A stretch of DNA of 64,000 nucleotides from an uncultured Burkholderiales bacterium (lineage in GTDB: Bacteria; Pseudomonadota; Gammaproteobacteria; Burkholderiales; Burkholderiaceae_C), in NCBI GenBank assembly GCA_903831655.1, contig CAIKYO010000183.1:19-64018 (forward strand), given 5' to 3'. Each line of letters opens with the position of its first letter. The first letter of the stretch is position 1. The translations under genes and the position numbers were made by a program. Positions 1 through 10,246 of the stretch are shown in pieces. Under the pieces are notes generated by a model, which had not been told where the DNA came from, made no database searches, and saw only the letters and a list, made by a program, of their open reading frames with translations.

Positions 1-40
1 AGCCTCAGGGGCTTTGGGTTATTTGGGCAGCCCGAACTGC

Positions 41-910
41 TCACGTGTCAAACAATTGGGTTGGATTTTTAACCAAAATTTGTTCCAATTGCTGTGAATT
101 GCGAGTCCAAGTACCCAATAAATCGACCAGATCCCCATCGTTTGGCATGAATTGATTTCGCATATTGACGTGAGGCCAATCTGATCCCCAAATCATTCTC
201 TCGGGTGCATATTCAATCAATGCTTTTGCGTATGGGTTGATGTCTTGATAGGGGTAAGACAAGTGGCTCGATCGCATGGGACCTGACAACTTGACCCAAA
301 CTTTGCCCGAGTCGATCATCTTCAAGAGTGTTTTGAAGTTCAAATGATCAAGACCCTCTCTGGGATCCAGATGGGCAAAGTGATCCAGCACAACGGGGTT
401 GGGAATTTCGAGCAAGCGAGAGGCGTACTCCATGAGATCCGCACAGGGGTAGAAGTGAACTTGCCATTGGGCTTGCTCAAAGACTTTGATGGACAATTGT
501 TTTGAAAAAACGGGTAAGCCGCCGTGCCTTTTTTCGCTGATAAAGCGAATACCTCGAACGCCAATTTGGTTGAATTCAGCAATTTTTTGATTTTCGATAT
601 CATCATTGGCCCAAATGATTCCTCGCAATCTGTTTGAATGATGGGTGAGCGTATCAACAAGGTGTTTCGTATCTCTCCCGTAGCCCCCTCCACTGATCAA
701 GACGCCTTTTTCAAAACCCAGGGTTTTTTGGAGATCAAAAAAAGTCTCAGGCAAGCGGTCATCCGATACGTACGGACTGGCTGGATCAAAGGGGTACAGA
801 TGAGTGGGGCCGAACAAATGAAAGTGACAATCCCAAGCTCCTTTGGGGATGTTAATTTTTGGGGTTTTGGGGGATGGGTCAGGAGGGGGTGTTAGGAATG
901 GCATGTTCAA
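41..910 (-). CDS. Amidohydrolase family protein (2-pyrone-4,6-dicarboxylate lactonase/LigI-like)
   Basis: WDCHFH (HxH), GIRF, VLDHFAH, WVKLSG and WGSDWPH motifs of the amidohydro_2 family; overlaps the Bug gene stop. Confidence 0.85.
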   Translation of the reverse strand: MNMPFLTPPPDPSPKTPKINIPKGAWDCHFHLFGPTHLYPFDPASPYVSDDRLPETFFDLQKTLGFEKGVLISGGGYGRDTKHLVDTLTHHSNRLRGIIWANDDIENQKIAEFNQIGVRGIRFISEKRHGGLPVFSKQLSIKVFEQAQWQVHFYPCADLMEYASRLLEIPNPVVLDHFAHLDPREGLDHLNFKTLLKMIDSGKVWVKLSGPMRSSHLSYPYQDINPYAKALIEYAPERMIWGSDWPHVNMRNQFMPNDGDLVDLLGTWTRNSQQLEQILVKNPTQLFDT

Positions 911-1911
911 TCGTTCTCGCTGATTTTTGCCTCTTTGACCACTTGCTTGTATTGTTTGAGTTCAAGCTCAATTTGAGCTTTCATCTGTTGCGGGCCTTTG
1001 GCCGTGAACTCCACGCCGTAGGTCTCGAGTTTGCTGGCAACCGCTGGAGTTTGAACCGCTTGTGAGACCGAGAGTGCAAGCTGTTTGATTTTATCGCTTG
1101 AGGTGTTCTTGGGTGCCAACAGCCCGATCCACAAATAACCCTGATAGCCATCAAAACCTTGTTCAGCAATGGTGGGCGTGTTGGGCAGTTGCGCGAGTCG
1201 CGAAACGCCTGCGGTGGCAATGACTTTGATTTTCTTGATGTTCAAAAATTGCGATGAGGTCGCATAGGTATCGTATTTGATGTCCACTACGCCTGCAACC
1301 AAGTCGTTGAAGGCTGGAGCAGCCCCTTTGTAGGGGACATGCAGCAAGTTGATGCCTGCGCGCCTTGCCAAAATCTCCATGGTGATGTGAGGGAGCGTTC
1401 CACTGCCGGCGGAGGAGTAGCTGATTTTTTGAGAGTTTGTTTTTGCAAACTGGATGAGTTCAGATAAATTGTTAAAGGGTGCGTTGACATTGGCAACCAG
1501 CAATTCAGGAATACTCGTTAAAAAGGAAATGGTCTCAAAATCTTTTTCAGTATCAAAGGGCAAGGTGGCGTGCAAAGCAGGATTGATCGTGTGTGAGGGG
1601 GTGGTGATCAAGAGTGTGTACCCATCAGAGGGAGCGTGAGAGACCAGTTCGGTTGCCAAAATACCGGCTCCTCCTGGCTTGTAATCCAAGACGATGGCTT
1701 GCCCTAGGTTGGTGGACATTTCTTGGGTAATGAGCCGTGTCACCACATCGACTGACCCCCCTGGAGGAAAGGGCAAAATGATTTTGATGGGTCGATCGGG
1801 ATAGGCCACTGCCAAGGGAGAGAGTGACAGAAGTAAGAACCATTGCACGAGAGATTTTTTTGCATTCTCCCTTGTGAATGCACCGAGCCGTGTTTTGGAC
1901 TTCTCAATCAT
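907..1911 (-). CDS. Bug/TctC tripartite tricarboxylate transporter substrate-binding protein
   Basis: YPDRPIKIILPFPPGGSVD, KPGGAG, DGYTLL and HVPYKGAAP signatures; signal peptide. Confidence 0.92.
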   Translation of the reverse strand: MIEKSKTRLGAFTRENAKKSLVQWFLLLSLSPLAVAYPDRPIKIILPFPPGGSVDVVTRLITQEMSTNLGQAIVLDYKPGGAGILATELVSHAPSDGYTLLITTPSHTINPALHATLPFDTEKDFETISFLTSIPELLVANVNAPFNNLSELIQFAKTNSQKISYSSAGSGTLPHITMEILARRAGINLLHVPYKGAAPAFNDLVAGVVDIKYDTYATSSQFLNIKKIKVIATAGVSRLAQLPNTPTIAEQGFDGYQGYLWIGLLAPKNTSSDKIKQLALSVSQAVQTPAVASKLETYGVEFTAKGPQQMKAQIELELKQYKQVVKEAKISEND

Positions 1912-1935
1912 TTTTTATGGCTTCAGTGCAATTCT

Positions 1936-2892
1936 TCAATGGCTTTGGCATTGAAGGGGTCGAATTTTCAAGTCTACCGTCAAAGGGTTGGGTGCGACAT
2001 TGAAAGTGTGGGTCACTTGATCAAACGCGATTTTTTGAAATTTCATGACTTCCTCTTGTGAGAGTCCCAGTTCATAGCCCGAACACTCGTTGGCTCCCAA
2101 TGAGCGGGGATCTTTGTGGGAGATGGCGCCAAAAACCACCAGGGCCTCCAGGTAATAACCGTAGGTGCTGGCGTGGTAGTGATCGAAGGTCCATAGATTG
2201 ATTTTTCCGGCATCAATGCCGTCGTAGGGATTGGCATCGGCCACCCCATCGCGAATGGCTTGGTTGAAGGCCTCTCCCACTGGGATCACATCTTGGATGA
2301 GTGTCGATTGTTTGAGGGCCATGTCATAGGAGAGGCGAATATCTTGAGCCATTTTCTCGATCTGCGATCCATACCATGCGCCCTTGGGTTGGTAGGTCTG
2401 GTCTGGGCGAGACCAAGTCGACATCAGATGGATGTTGATGTTTTGATTTTGGGCTTTCAGCACTTTGGCCATTTGCGAGGAGGTTTGGATGAGTTTGCTG
2501 GAATCTTTGGGTTTCTCGGCATCCAAGGTGCTGTAGCCGTGCATGACCACTGTGTCCCACGGTCTTTGCGTCAACGTTGCAACTTTATTGGCCAAATGCC
2601 AATCCAGTCCAATGCCACCGTGAGTTTCGAGGTAAACGTCATAGGCGAGCCCAGCTTGCTGGGTGAAGGACTTAAAGAGCGCTGGCAGTCCTCCATTGCC
2701 CTCTAGGTTCAAATCGGTCACGGTGTTGGCTCTGTAGAACTGAGCTGCTGAATGGGCTCCATAGGTAAAGCTGTTGCCAATGAAGAGGATGCTCTCGCTG
2801 GCCATTGAGCTGTGCGGCAGGGCCAGTCCCAGGGTCAAAGTCAAAGCGAGAGGATTCAAATGGGAGAGCGGATTTTTCATTGGAGATTTCAT
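1936..2892 (-). CDS. Secreted SGNH/GDSL-like hydrolase
   Basis: Signal peptide, then ILFIGNSFT (block I Ser) and FDHYHAS (DxxH block V). Confidence 0.65.
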   Translation of the reverse strand: MKSPMKNPLSHLNPLALTLTLGLALPHSSMASESILFIGNSFTYGAHSAAQFYRANTVTDLNLEGNGGLPALFKSFTQQAGLAYDVYLETHGGIGLDWHLANKVATLTQRPWDTVVMHGYSTLDAEKPKDSSKLIQTSSQMAKVLKAQNQNINIHLMSTWSRPDQTYQPKGAWYGSQIEKMAQDIRLSYDMALKQSTLIQDVIPVGEAFNQAIRDGVADANPYDGIDAGKINLWTFDHYHASTYGYYLEALVVFGAISHKDPRSLGANECSGYELGLSQEEVMKFQKIAFDQVTHTFNVAPNPLTVDLKIRPLQCQSH

Positions 2893-2894
2893 GC

Positions 2895-4040
2895 TTAGTT
2901 TTGGCCCAAATAACGATCAAAAAAGAGACCAATTTCGCTGAAAACTTCCCTCGTTTCATCGGCTTTGGGACTAAAGCCAAATTGAGCATGGGAGATGCCT
3001 TCGTACACATTGAGCTCGGCTGTGACGCCTGCGCGTTTGAGTTTTCGATGGGTGCGAACGGTGTTTGATAAAAATAAATCGCGCGTGCCAGAGGTCAAAA
3101 TCGTGGGTGGAAAGCCATGAAAGTCCCCGTAAATGGGAGAGAGTTGGGGGTCTTTGAAATCGTGTCCATTTGCATAGAGTTTGGCCGCTTTGCCAAGCCA
3201 TCCATCCCAACTCACCAAGATGTTATCCACCCACTCATTGGTTTGATACGAGTCGCCAATCTTGTCCAAGTCTGACCAAGGCGTGCTGGGTGCAATCGCT
3301 CCCGGTAAGGGGAGGTGTTCATCTTTGGCACGCAACACAAGCGCAAGCGTCATGGCGCCACCGGTGGAGGTGCCAAAGACAGCCATGTTTTTGGGGGTGT
3401 GCTGGGTCACTAGAGATTTCCAAACCGCTGTGGCATCATCCATTGCAGCTGGATAAGGGTGATCGGGTGGCATGCGGTAGTCCACACTGATGACGGTGTA
3501 GCCCCCGAAACTGGCCACATACATCGCCTCCGATAAACCCGCCTCACCAGGTCCAAACACATATCCACCACCGTGTAGATGCATGAGGAGTCGATTTTTA
3601 TTTTTGTCAGGCATGTTGTTAGGTGTCACCACATAGACATGCACTCCGCCCATGTAACTTGACTCGACATTGACCCCAAGCATCTCTTTTAAAGGGGGGA
3701 TGGTTTTGAGTGCAAATTGTGTTCTTTCCTGGATGAGTGTTTTCCACTCTTGGGCATTTTTAGGATCTGCGTTGAAGTAGGTAGGGTAGGGGGCTGCAAT
3801 CAAAGCTTGCATGGGGGCACTCACCTCTTGGGTAGGCGGTGCAAAGGCGTGAGCAGGTATTTGGCGCTTGCCCACTTCAGTGTTGTTTTGGGCTTGCGAG
3901 TGAGCGAGTTCAGAAAAGGCTGGAGTGGTTGAGGAGGGGATCCTTGGCGTGGTGGTGGGGGTTTGACTCCAACACAACGCCCCAAAGGTGAGCGTGATGG
4001 GTGCTAACCAAAAGGAGAGGGTGTGCTTTGAGTAATACAT
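2895..4040 (-). CDS. Secreted HSL-family (family IV) esterase
   Basis: HGGGY oxyanion motif, GTSTGG nucleophile elbow, GTRD acid and C-terminal His (GISHAQ). Start moved to MYYSKH at 4040, where a signal-like N-terminus begins. Confidence 0.85.
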   Translation of the reverse strand: MYYSKHTLSFWLAPITLTFGALCWSQTPTTTPRIPSSTTPAFSELAHSQAQNNTEVGKRQIPAHAFAPPTQEVSAPMQALIAAPYPTYFNADPKNAQEWKTLIQERTQFALKTIPPLKEMLGVNVESSYMGGVHVYVVTPNNMPDKNKNRLLMHLHGGGYVFGPGEAGLSEAMYVASFGGYTVISVDYRMPPDHPYPAAMDDATAVWKSLVTQHTPKNMAVFGTSTGGAMTLALVLRAKDEHLPLPGAIAPSTPWSDLDKIGDSYQTNEWVDNILVSWDGWLGKAAKLYANGHDFKDPQLSPIYGDFHGFPPTILTSGTRDLFLSNTVRTHRKLKRAGVTAELNVYEGISHAQFGFSPKADETREVFSEIGLFFDRYLGQN

Positions 4041-4269
4041 GATGTGATCAAATGAGAAGGTGAGAATGGGTGGAGAGAGCGCATTGAATTTCAACACCCC
4101 TCAACGCAGCGAACAAGTGGGAATAACCCCGTGCAGCCAAGAGGGAGGGGCAGCAATGGCCTTAAAAAGATCGTCATAGGTGTTTGCCCTTGTGACCGGG
4201 CGCTTTGAGCTCATTTTGACTTGACGCCGTCTTGAAGGCTTGCACAATGCGGGGTAAAGGACTCAACAC

Positions 4270-5406
4270 ATGCCAATCCATCACCCTCACAATACGTTTC
4301 AAAAGCAATCGGCCCCGAGTGTTGGGAGGCGATTTTCACATTGGATGACCACGCACTTGGTGTGCCTACACCTCTATGGGCTAGCGGGTACTGCCTTGGC
4401 ACAGGATATGGCAATGAAGGGTGAGAAGCCTGGGGCCTCGGGTAAAGACTATCCCTCACTCATTCGAGGAGAGCTGCAAGCTGCCAAGGATGCGTCTGAG
4501 TTTGAGTACCTGGGCACCTTGGGTCGCATTTGTTTGTTACCTCAATCGATGGCTGAGGACAACACCGATGTGGCTCCCCCCTATGTATTGGATCCCAAGT
4601 TGGCGCCAGGCGCCAACACTTGGTATGCCAAGCCCACTCAGGTGTTTGATAATTTTTATTTTGTCGGAGGCAAAATTCACTCCGCATGGGTTCTCAAAAC
4701 AACCCAAGGGTTGATTGTCTTTGATACGATTTTCCCCTACAACTCCGAGGCCTTGGTTTTGGGGGGGCTCAAAGAGTTGGGGCTAGACCCCAAGGACATC
4801 AAGTACTTGATGATTTCGCATGCTCACGCAGATCACATCGGGGGCGCTCAAATGATTCAAGAGCGCTATCATCCACATGTTGTCATGGGTGATTTGGATT
4901 GGAAGTTGGTTGAGGAGCATCCCAATCGCTACAAAAGCATGGCACCCAAGCGAGACATCACGGCCACCGACGGGATGCAGATCAAGTTGGGAGACGACAC
5001 CGTTAACATCTGGTTGACCCCAGGCCACACCCCTTCAACCCTGTCCTATACCTTCTCAGTCAAGGACCGGGGGCGTGTGGTGCAAGTGGTGTATTCGGGC
5101 GGAACAGCGTTTAATTTTGTCAATAAAACGCCGGTACCGGGTATCAAAAACTTCCAAACTTACATCGATTCTCAAAAGCACATTGCACAAAAGGCGCTTG
5201 AATCAGGCGCCACTGTGGTGATCTCTAATCACTCAGAGTTTGACAACGCGGTCAACAAAAACAAGATGTTGGCAGGCCGTGGAGATGGCCCACATCCGTA
5301 TGAACTGGGTGTGTCATGGGTACAGAGATATTTCTCAGTCATGCAGCACTGTGCGCGTGCTGCTCAACTCGCGCTCGAGAGTGCGGACGACAGACAAGCG
5401 CACTGA
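4270..5406 (+). CDS. Metallo-beta-lactamase fold hydrolase, subclass B3-like, exported
   Basis: ISHAHADHIGG (HxHxDH), TPGHTP and SNH zinc ligands; signal-like segment ending ALA-Q. Confidence 0.8.
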   Translation: MPIHHPHNTFQKQSAPSVGRRFSHWMTTHLVCLHLYGLAGTALAQDMAMKGEKPGASGKDYPSLIRGELQAAKDASEFEYLGTLGRICLLPQSMAEDNTDVAPPYVLDPKLAPGANTWYAKPTQVFDNFYFVGGKIHSAWVLKTTQGLIVFDTIFPYNSEALVLGGLKELGLDPKDIKYLMISHAHADHIGGAQMIQERYHPHVVMGDLDWKLVEEHPNRYKSMAPKRDITATDGMQIKLGDDTVNIWLTPGHTPSTLSYTFSVKDRGRVVQVVYSGGTAFNFVNKTPVPGIKNFQTYIDSQKHIAQKALESGATVVISNHSEFDNAVNKNKMLAGRGDGPHPYELGVSWVQRYFSVMQHCARAAQLALESADDRQAH

Positions 5407-5415
5407 AGTTTGGGC

Positions 5416-6219
5416 TCAAATTTTCTCGGTTTGTCCCGCCTTGGGTTGCCAGACCATGAGGCGCGACTCAATGCGAGTGACCAAGGTGTCGAGCACGAGT
5501 GCACAAAGGGTTAGCAAAATGATGCCTGCAAAAACCGTGTTGATGTCAAAGGTTCCCTCGGCTTGGAGAATCAAGTAACCTACTCCCTGTGCGGAGCCCA
5601 GGTATTCACCGACCACTGCACCCACGAAGGCCAATCCCACAGAGGTGTGCAAGCTCGAGAAGACCCAACTCGTGGCCGAGGGCAAGTAGACGTGTCTGAT
5701 GAGTTGACGGTAGTTGGCGCCCAGCATTTTGGTGTTGGCGAGTACCACTGGCGAGACCTCTTTGATGCCTTGGTAGACATTAAAGAAAACGATGAAGAAC
5801 ACCAAGGTAATGGACAAAGCAACCTTGGACCATATCCCTAAGCCAAACCAGACGCAAAAAATTGGCGCCAAGATGACGCGGGGCATGGAGTTCATGCCTT
5901 TGATGAAGGGGTCCAGAACCAAGGCCGTTTTTGGGGAAAGTCCAAGCCACAGGCCAGACAAAAGCCCAGCGACGGTGCCAATCACAAACGCAAGCATGGT
6001 CTCTAGGAGTGTGACACCCAAGTGCAAGTAGATGTCTCTTTTGATGAAGAGCCAATCGATCAGGCGAGACCAGACGATCAGGGGCTCACCCACGAAAAAT
6101 GCAACCTCAGGTTTGCGACTGCTCCAGTGCCAAAAGACCAAGATGAGGCTCAGGATGAGGAGTTGCCAAACTCGGAGCAGCCTGGTGTGAGTGCGTGATG
6201 AAGTGTTCATGAGGATCAA
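5416..6219 (-). CDS. ABC transporter permease, NitT/TauT family
   Basis: Multiple TM helices; EAA-like loop and AVVGEYLGSAQGVGYLI motif. Confidence 0.9.
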   Translation of the reverse strand: MILMNTSSRTHTRLLRVWQLLILSLILVFWHWSSRKPEVAFFVGEPLIVWSRLIDWLFIKRDIYLHLGVTLLETMLAFVIGTVAGLLSGLWLGLSPKTALVLDPFIKGMNSMPRVILAPIFCVWFGLGIWSKVALSITLVFFIVFFNVYQGIKEVSPVVLANTKMLGANYRQLIRHVYLPSATSWVFSSLHTSVGLAFVGAVVGEYLGSAQGVGYLILQAEGTFDINTVFAGIILLTLCALVLDTLVTRIESRLMVWQPKAGQTEKI

Positions 6220-6225
6220 GCGTTC

Positions 6226-7041
6226 TTAGGCGAGTTGTTTGGCGTAGCTTTTCATGACCTCATCTCTGAGAACGGCCCAAATGGAGGCATGCAGTTCAAA
6301 GAAGTGTGGATTGTCACGAATGTTGGCCACATCTCTGGGGCGGGGCAGGTCGATGTTGAACTCCCCAATGGGGTGCGAGGCGGGACCTGCAGACAAGACG
6401 ATGATTCTGTCACTCATGGCGATCGCTTCATCCAAGTCGTGGGTGATGAAAAGCACAGATCGGGGTTTGTTCATGGTGGTGCCAAAGCACAGATCCAAGA
6501 CTTCGTTTTCCATCAATTGGCGGGTTTGGATGTCCAACGCTGAAAACGGCTCGTCCATCAAAATGAGTTCAGGCTCCAAGGCGAGCACTTGCGCCAAGGA
6601 CACACGCTTTCTCATGCCTCCTGAGAGCTGGTGGGGGTAACGCTCAGCAAAGGCGAGGAGTCCAACACGTTTGAGCCAGTCGGTGGCAATCTCTTTGGCC
6701 AACTGGGGCTCAAGCCCTTTGAATTGAAGGCCCGCTAGCACGTTGTCCATCACATTTCGCCATGGCATCAAGGCTTCGGCTTGAAACATGTAGCCCGCTT
6801 TTTTGTTGATGCCCTTTAGTGGCTCACCAAAGGAGAGGACCTCACCACTGGAGGGAGTGAGCAAGCCTGCTGCAACGTTCAAGATGGTCGACTTGCCGCA
6901 ACCTGTGGGTCCTACGACACTGACAAATTCGCCAGGGTTGACCTTGAGGTTCACACCTTGAGTGGCGGTATAAAGTCCCTCAGCGCCCGAATCAAAGGAG
7001 CAGCTGATGGCTTTGAGTTCAAGGGGAGAGGGGCTATTCAT
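6226..7041 (-). CDS. ABC transporter ATP-binding protein, NitT/TauT family
   Basis: GPTGCGKS Walker A, LSGGMRKR signature, LMDEPF Walker B, ITHD switch. Confidence 0.95.
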   Translation of the reverse strand: MNSPSPLELKAISCSFDSGAEGLYTATQGVNLKVNPGEFVSVVGPTGCGKSTILNVAAGLLTPSSGEVLSFGEPLKGINKKAGYMFQAEALMPWRNVMDNVLAGLQFKGLEPQLAKEIATDWLKRVGLLAFAERYPHQLSGGMRKRVSLAQVLALEPELILMDEPFSALDIQTRQLMENEVLDLCFGTTMNKPRSVLFITHDLDEAIAMSDRIIVLSAGPASHPIGEFNIDLPRPRDVANIRDNPHFFELHASIWAVLRDEVMKSYAKQLA

Positions 7042-8081
7042 TACTTGAATTTTGCGTTCGCTTTTTGTGTAAAAGCATTGGTGTAGGTTTTGCTAACGTC
7101 AATTTTCTTATCAGCCAACTCAGGCTCAAAGGCTTGAAGCATTTTGAGTGCATTGGGGGGGCCGTCGTTGGGCATCAATCCGTCTGGGCTCATGGCCTCT
7201 TTGACCCCTAGCCAAGCGGCCAAGTAAAGCGCACGATCCCCTAAGAGGTAGTTTTCAGGGACCGTTTTGATGATGTCTGAGTTGCTTGCCGTTTGAAGCC
7301 ACTTGAGCGCGTGCACCATGGCGTTGGCCAAGGCTTGTGTCGTGCGTGGATTGGCTTCAATGAAAGAGGATTTGGCGTAGAGCACCGCTGCAGGCATGTT
7401 GCCGCCATAAATGGATTTGGTGTCTTTTAACGTGCGAGTGTCAGAGATGATTTTGATTTCATTTTTTTGACTCAACATGGTGATCACGGGATCCAAGTTC
7501 GATATCGCATCGATTTGGCCCGAGCGAAGAGCAGTCACTGCGCCAGCGCTGGTGCCCACACCCACAAAGGAGACGTCTGAAGGCTTCAAGCCTCCTTTGG
7601 CGAGCACGAAGTTGGCCAAAATATTGGTGGAAGAACCTGGAGCTGTGACACCAATTTTTTTGCCTTTGAGATCGGCCAAAGACTTGTAATTGGGCAGGGT
7701 TGAATTGGACACTGCAAAAACGATTTGGGGTGCGCGACCTTGCAAAACAAAAGCTTGAATGTTTTGACCTTTGGCTTGCATGTCGATGGTGTGCTCAAAG
7801 GCACCTGAGACCACTTCTGCGCTACCTCCAACCAAAGCTTGAAGGGCTTTGGAGCCACCCGCAAAGTCAGAAATCTCGACATCAAGTCCCTCTTCTTTGA
7901 AGTAGCCAAGTCTCTCGGCGATGGTCAAAGGGAGGTAGTAGAACAAATTTTTACCACCCACGGCGATGCTGACTTGTGTTTTTTCGGGTGCGGCACTTTG
8001 AGCTTGTGCGCCACATGAGAACCAAGGCAAGAGCGCAGAGAGGGCCAGGGCGGGTAGCACTTTGATGAGGTTTTGTTTCAT
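7041..8081 (-). CDS. ABC transporter substrate-binding protein (NMT1/THI5-like)
   Basis: GYFKEEGLDVE, GKKIGVTAPGSST; signal peptide from MKQNL at 8081; in an operon with the ATPase and permease. Confidence 0.88.
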   Translation of the reverse strand: MKQNLIKVLPALALSALLPWFSCGAQAQSAAPEKTQVSIAVGGKNLFYYLPLTIAERLGYFKEEGLDVEISDFAGGSKALQALVGGSAEVVSGAFEHTIDMQAKGQNIQAFVLQGRAPQIVFAVSNSTLPNYKSLADLKGKKIGVTAPGSSTNILANFVLAKGGLKPSDVSFVGVGTSAGAVTALRSGQIDAISNLDPVITMLSQKNEIKIISDTRTLKDTKSIYGGNMPAAVLYAKSSFIEANPRTTQALANAMVHALKWLQTASNSDIIKTVPENYLLGDRALYLAAWLGVKEAMSPDGLMPNDGPPNALKMLQAFEPELADKKIDVSKTYTNAFTQKANAKFK

Positions 8082-8295
8082 GTCTTCTTCCTTGAGGATG
8101 CGTTGTGCGTTGTCCAATCAATTATATGCACACCCAAACCACAAAGTGGGTTGAAGCTTGCGTCTACCAAAGGACACAAACCTTGGGTTCTTAAAGTTTG
8201 TAAGGGTTAATAGCAGTGTGTGCTGAGAGTCATGCCTCGCGATAATTGCATGCACAGCAAAGCTTTCGCAATGATCTATTTTTAAGGTTTCAAAC

Positions 8296-9303
8296 ATGCC
8301 AATTACAAAGTCCCTGAGCCAGCTTGTCCAGTTTTCGCGGCTTTTACCCTTGTCCTTGTGTTTGTTTGGTGTGTTGAGTCTTAACGGGGCTTTTGCTCAA
8401 AATTTTCCCATCAAACCAATCAGAATCGTAGAGCCCGCTGGACCTGGGAGTGCTGTGGATACGGCTGTGAGGGACTTGGTGCCAGAGCTCAACCGCCTTT
8501 TGGGTCAGCAAGTCATCATCGATAACAAACCAGGAGCCAATGGGTTGATTGGGGCCAAGGAGGTTGTTCGAGCTCCAGCCGATGGTTACACCCTCTTTCA
8601 TGGCAACATCAACAGCGCCTTGAATGAACTGTCCGCCTCCAGCAATAGCAGTTGCTGCAAGTTGGGGGAGAACTTGATTCCTGTCTCAAAACTGTTTTCC
8701 TCTCCGTTGGTATTGGTGGTCAATCCGAGTGTGCCAGCCAAAAACTTGAAAGAATTTTTAGCCTACGCTGGCGCTCACCCTGATCAATTGACCTATGCCT
8801 CGGCTGGTGGCGGATCCATCACTCAACTCTTGGGAGAGTTGGTTAAAACGACAGCGGGTGTGAGCCTAAAGGAAATTCCATACAAAGCAATTGGTGCTGA
8901 GTTGCCTGATTTGTTGGGTGGGCACGTGAGTGCTGCTTATTTGGCACCCGTGGTGGTGGCACAGTTGATCAAATCAGGCAAGCTCAACGCGCTAGGGGTG
9001 GCCTCTGGCAAGAGAGTTTCAATTATTTCGCAAGTGCCTACTTTGTCAGAGGCGGGTTTGCCCAATGTAGAAGCCTCGGGTTGGAATGGGATTTTTGTGC
9101 CTCAAGGCACACCGGCCTCTGTGATCGAGTTTTTACACGATCAATTTAGCAAAGCTTTGCTCACACCTCAAGCGAAATTGCATGGCGAGGAAATGGGCTA
9201 TGAGTACGGAAGTACCAGTCCCAAAGAGTTTGGGGATTTCATCAAGTCTGAGTTGATCAAATGGTCCAAAGTGGCCAAAGACGCGAAGATTGTGATTGAG
9301 TAA
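8296..9303 (+). CDS. Bug/TctC substrate-binding protein
   Basis: FPIKPIRIV, NKPGANG, ADGYTL, IPYK motifs; signal peptide. Confidence 0.9.
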   Translation: MPITKSLSQLVQFSRLLPLSLCLFGVLSLNGAFAQNFPIKPIRIVEPAGPGSAVDTAVRDLVPELNRLLGQQVIIDNKPGANGLIGAKEVVRAPADGYTLFHGNINSALNELSASSNSSCCKLGENLIPVSKLFSSPLVLVVNPSVPAKNLKEFLAYAGAHPDQLTYASAGGGSITQLLGELVKTTAGVSLKEIPYKAIGAELPDLLGGHVSAAYLAPVVVAQLIKSGKLNALGVASGKRVSIISQVPTLSEAGLPNVEASGWNGIFVPQGTPASVIEFLHDQFSKALLTPQAKLHGEEMGYEYGSTSPKEFGDFIKSELIKWSKVAKDAKIVIE

Positions 9304-9399
9304 AGAAGGCGGGAGGGCGCTAAGGCTCACTTGATTGCCCCTGTCCACTGGTCGACACCTGAGAGTGAGGCGTTTTACTCTGAATTGGGTGAGGCGGGG

Positions 9400-9660
9400 C
9401 TACTTGGTTTGAGCCTTGGCTTTCAACTCGTCAATTACATCGCAAACCTGAGCCAAGTTCACACCTGCATTTCTGGGGTCCAGTTTTTCCTCAGGAATGC
9501 GTATGTTGAACTTGTCCTCAACTGCAAAAACAAACTCCATCAAAGTTAATGAATCAAGGCCAAGTTCTAGTAACTCGGTTTGTTCGGTGATGGTGTCCAC
9601 TGGGGTGTTGAACTTATCAGTCAACAAACTAGTGATGGTGATGAATGACTCACGTTGCAT
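9400..9660 (-). CDS. Acyl carrier protein
   Basis: 86 aa acidic protein with LGLDSLTLMEFVFAVEDKFNIRIP; the DSL serine is the phosphopantetheine site. Confidence 0.85.
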   Translation of the reverse strand: MQRESFITITSLLTDKFNTPVDTITEQTELLELGLDSLTLMEFVFAVEDKFNIRIPEEKLDPRNAGVNLAQVCDVIDELKAKAQTK

Positions 9661-9823
9661 TAGGTATCCAAAGTAGTTCTAAATTGTAAATTTCTGTGAA
9701 ATTAAAGTCAAGATCAAAGGCTTTTTTCAAAGAGTGGTTTGAGTTAAATTGTACCTATTTGTACTCATATAATTGTTACATTTGAGTTAAAAACAATTCA
9801 TTTATAGGTTTAGGATACTGTTA

Positions 9824-10174
9824 TTAATTCTTTCGTGTGATTTCAGGGAACCACAATACCCCCACCAAAATGCCAGTAATGAAAATTTCTACATCATTGA
9901 GCAGTTCTTCAAAGGGCGTGGTCTCAGCGTAGGAGGGCTCATTGATGAGCAGCAACTCTAGCGCAATGAGGGTCAAGGTAAAGACCATCCGACAACTGTT
10001 GAAGGTGTAGATTTTGTATTTGGAGAACTTGGAAAAGTCTTTGACCCAAACAATGGACAAAATCGAGAACAGGTTCAAAATGAAGACCACCCAAATGAGA
10101 TTCGTCATCTCCAAGTTTTCGAAACAAAAATACAGAGATGCCAACATGACTTGTGTGTAAATCAGTAAGGTCAT
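9824..10174 (-). CDS. Hypothetical small integral membrane protein
   Basis: 116 aa with about 4 hydrophobic segments; fills the gap between flanking genes. Confidence 0.55.
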   Translation of the reverse strand: MTLLIYTQVMLASLYFCFENLEMTNLIWVVFILNLFSILSIVWVKDFSKFSKYKIYTFNSCRMVFTLTLIALELLLINEPSYAETTPFEELLNDVEIFITGILVGVLWFPEITRKN

Positions 10175-10246
10175 TGGCGTACTTTGAGAAGTTTGGTTTT
10201 AACGATTTGGGCTTTAGCTTTGGGAGCTTTGGGGTTGTACTTGGAT

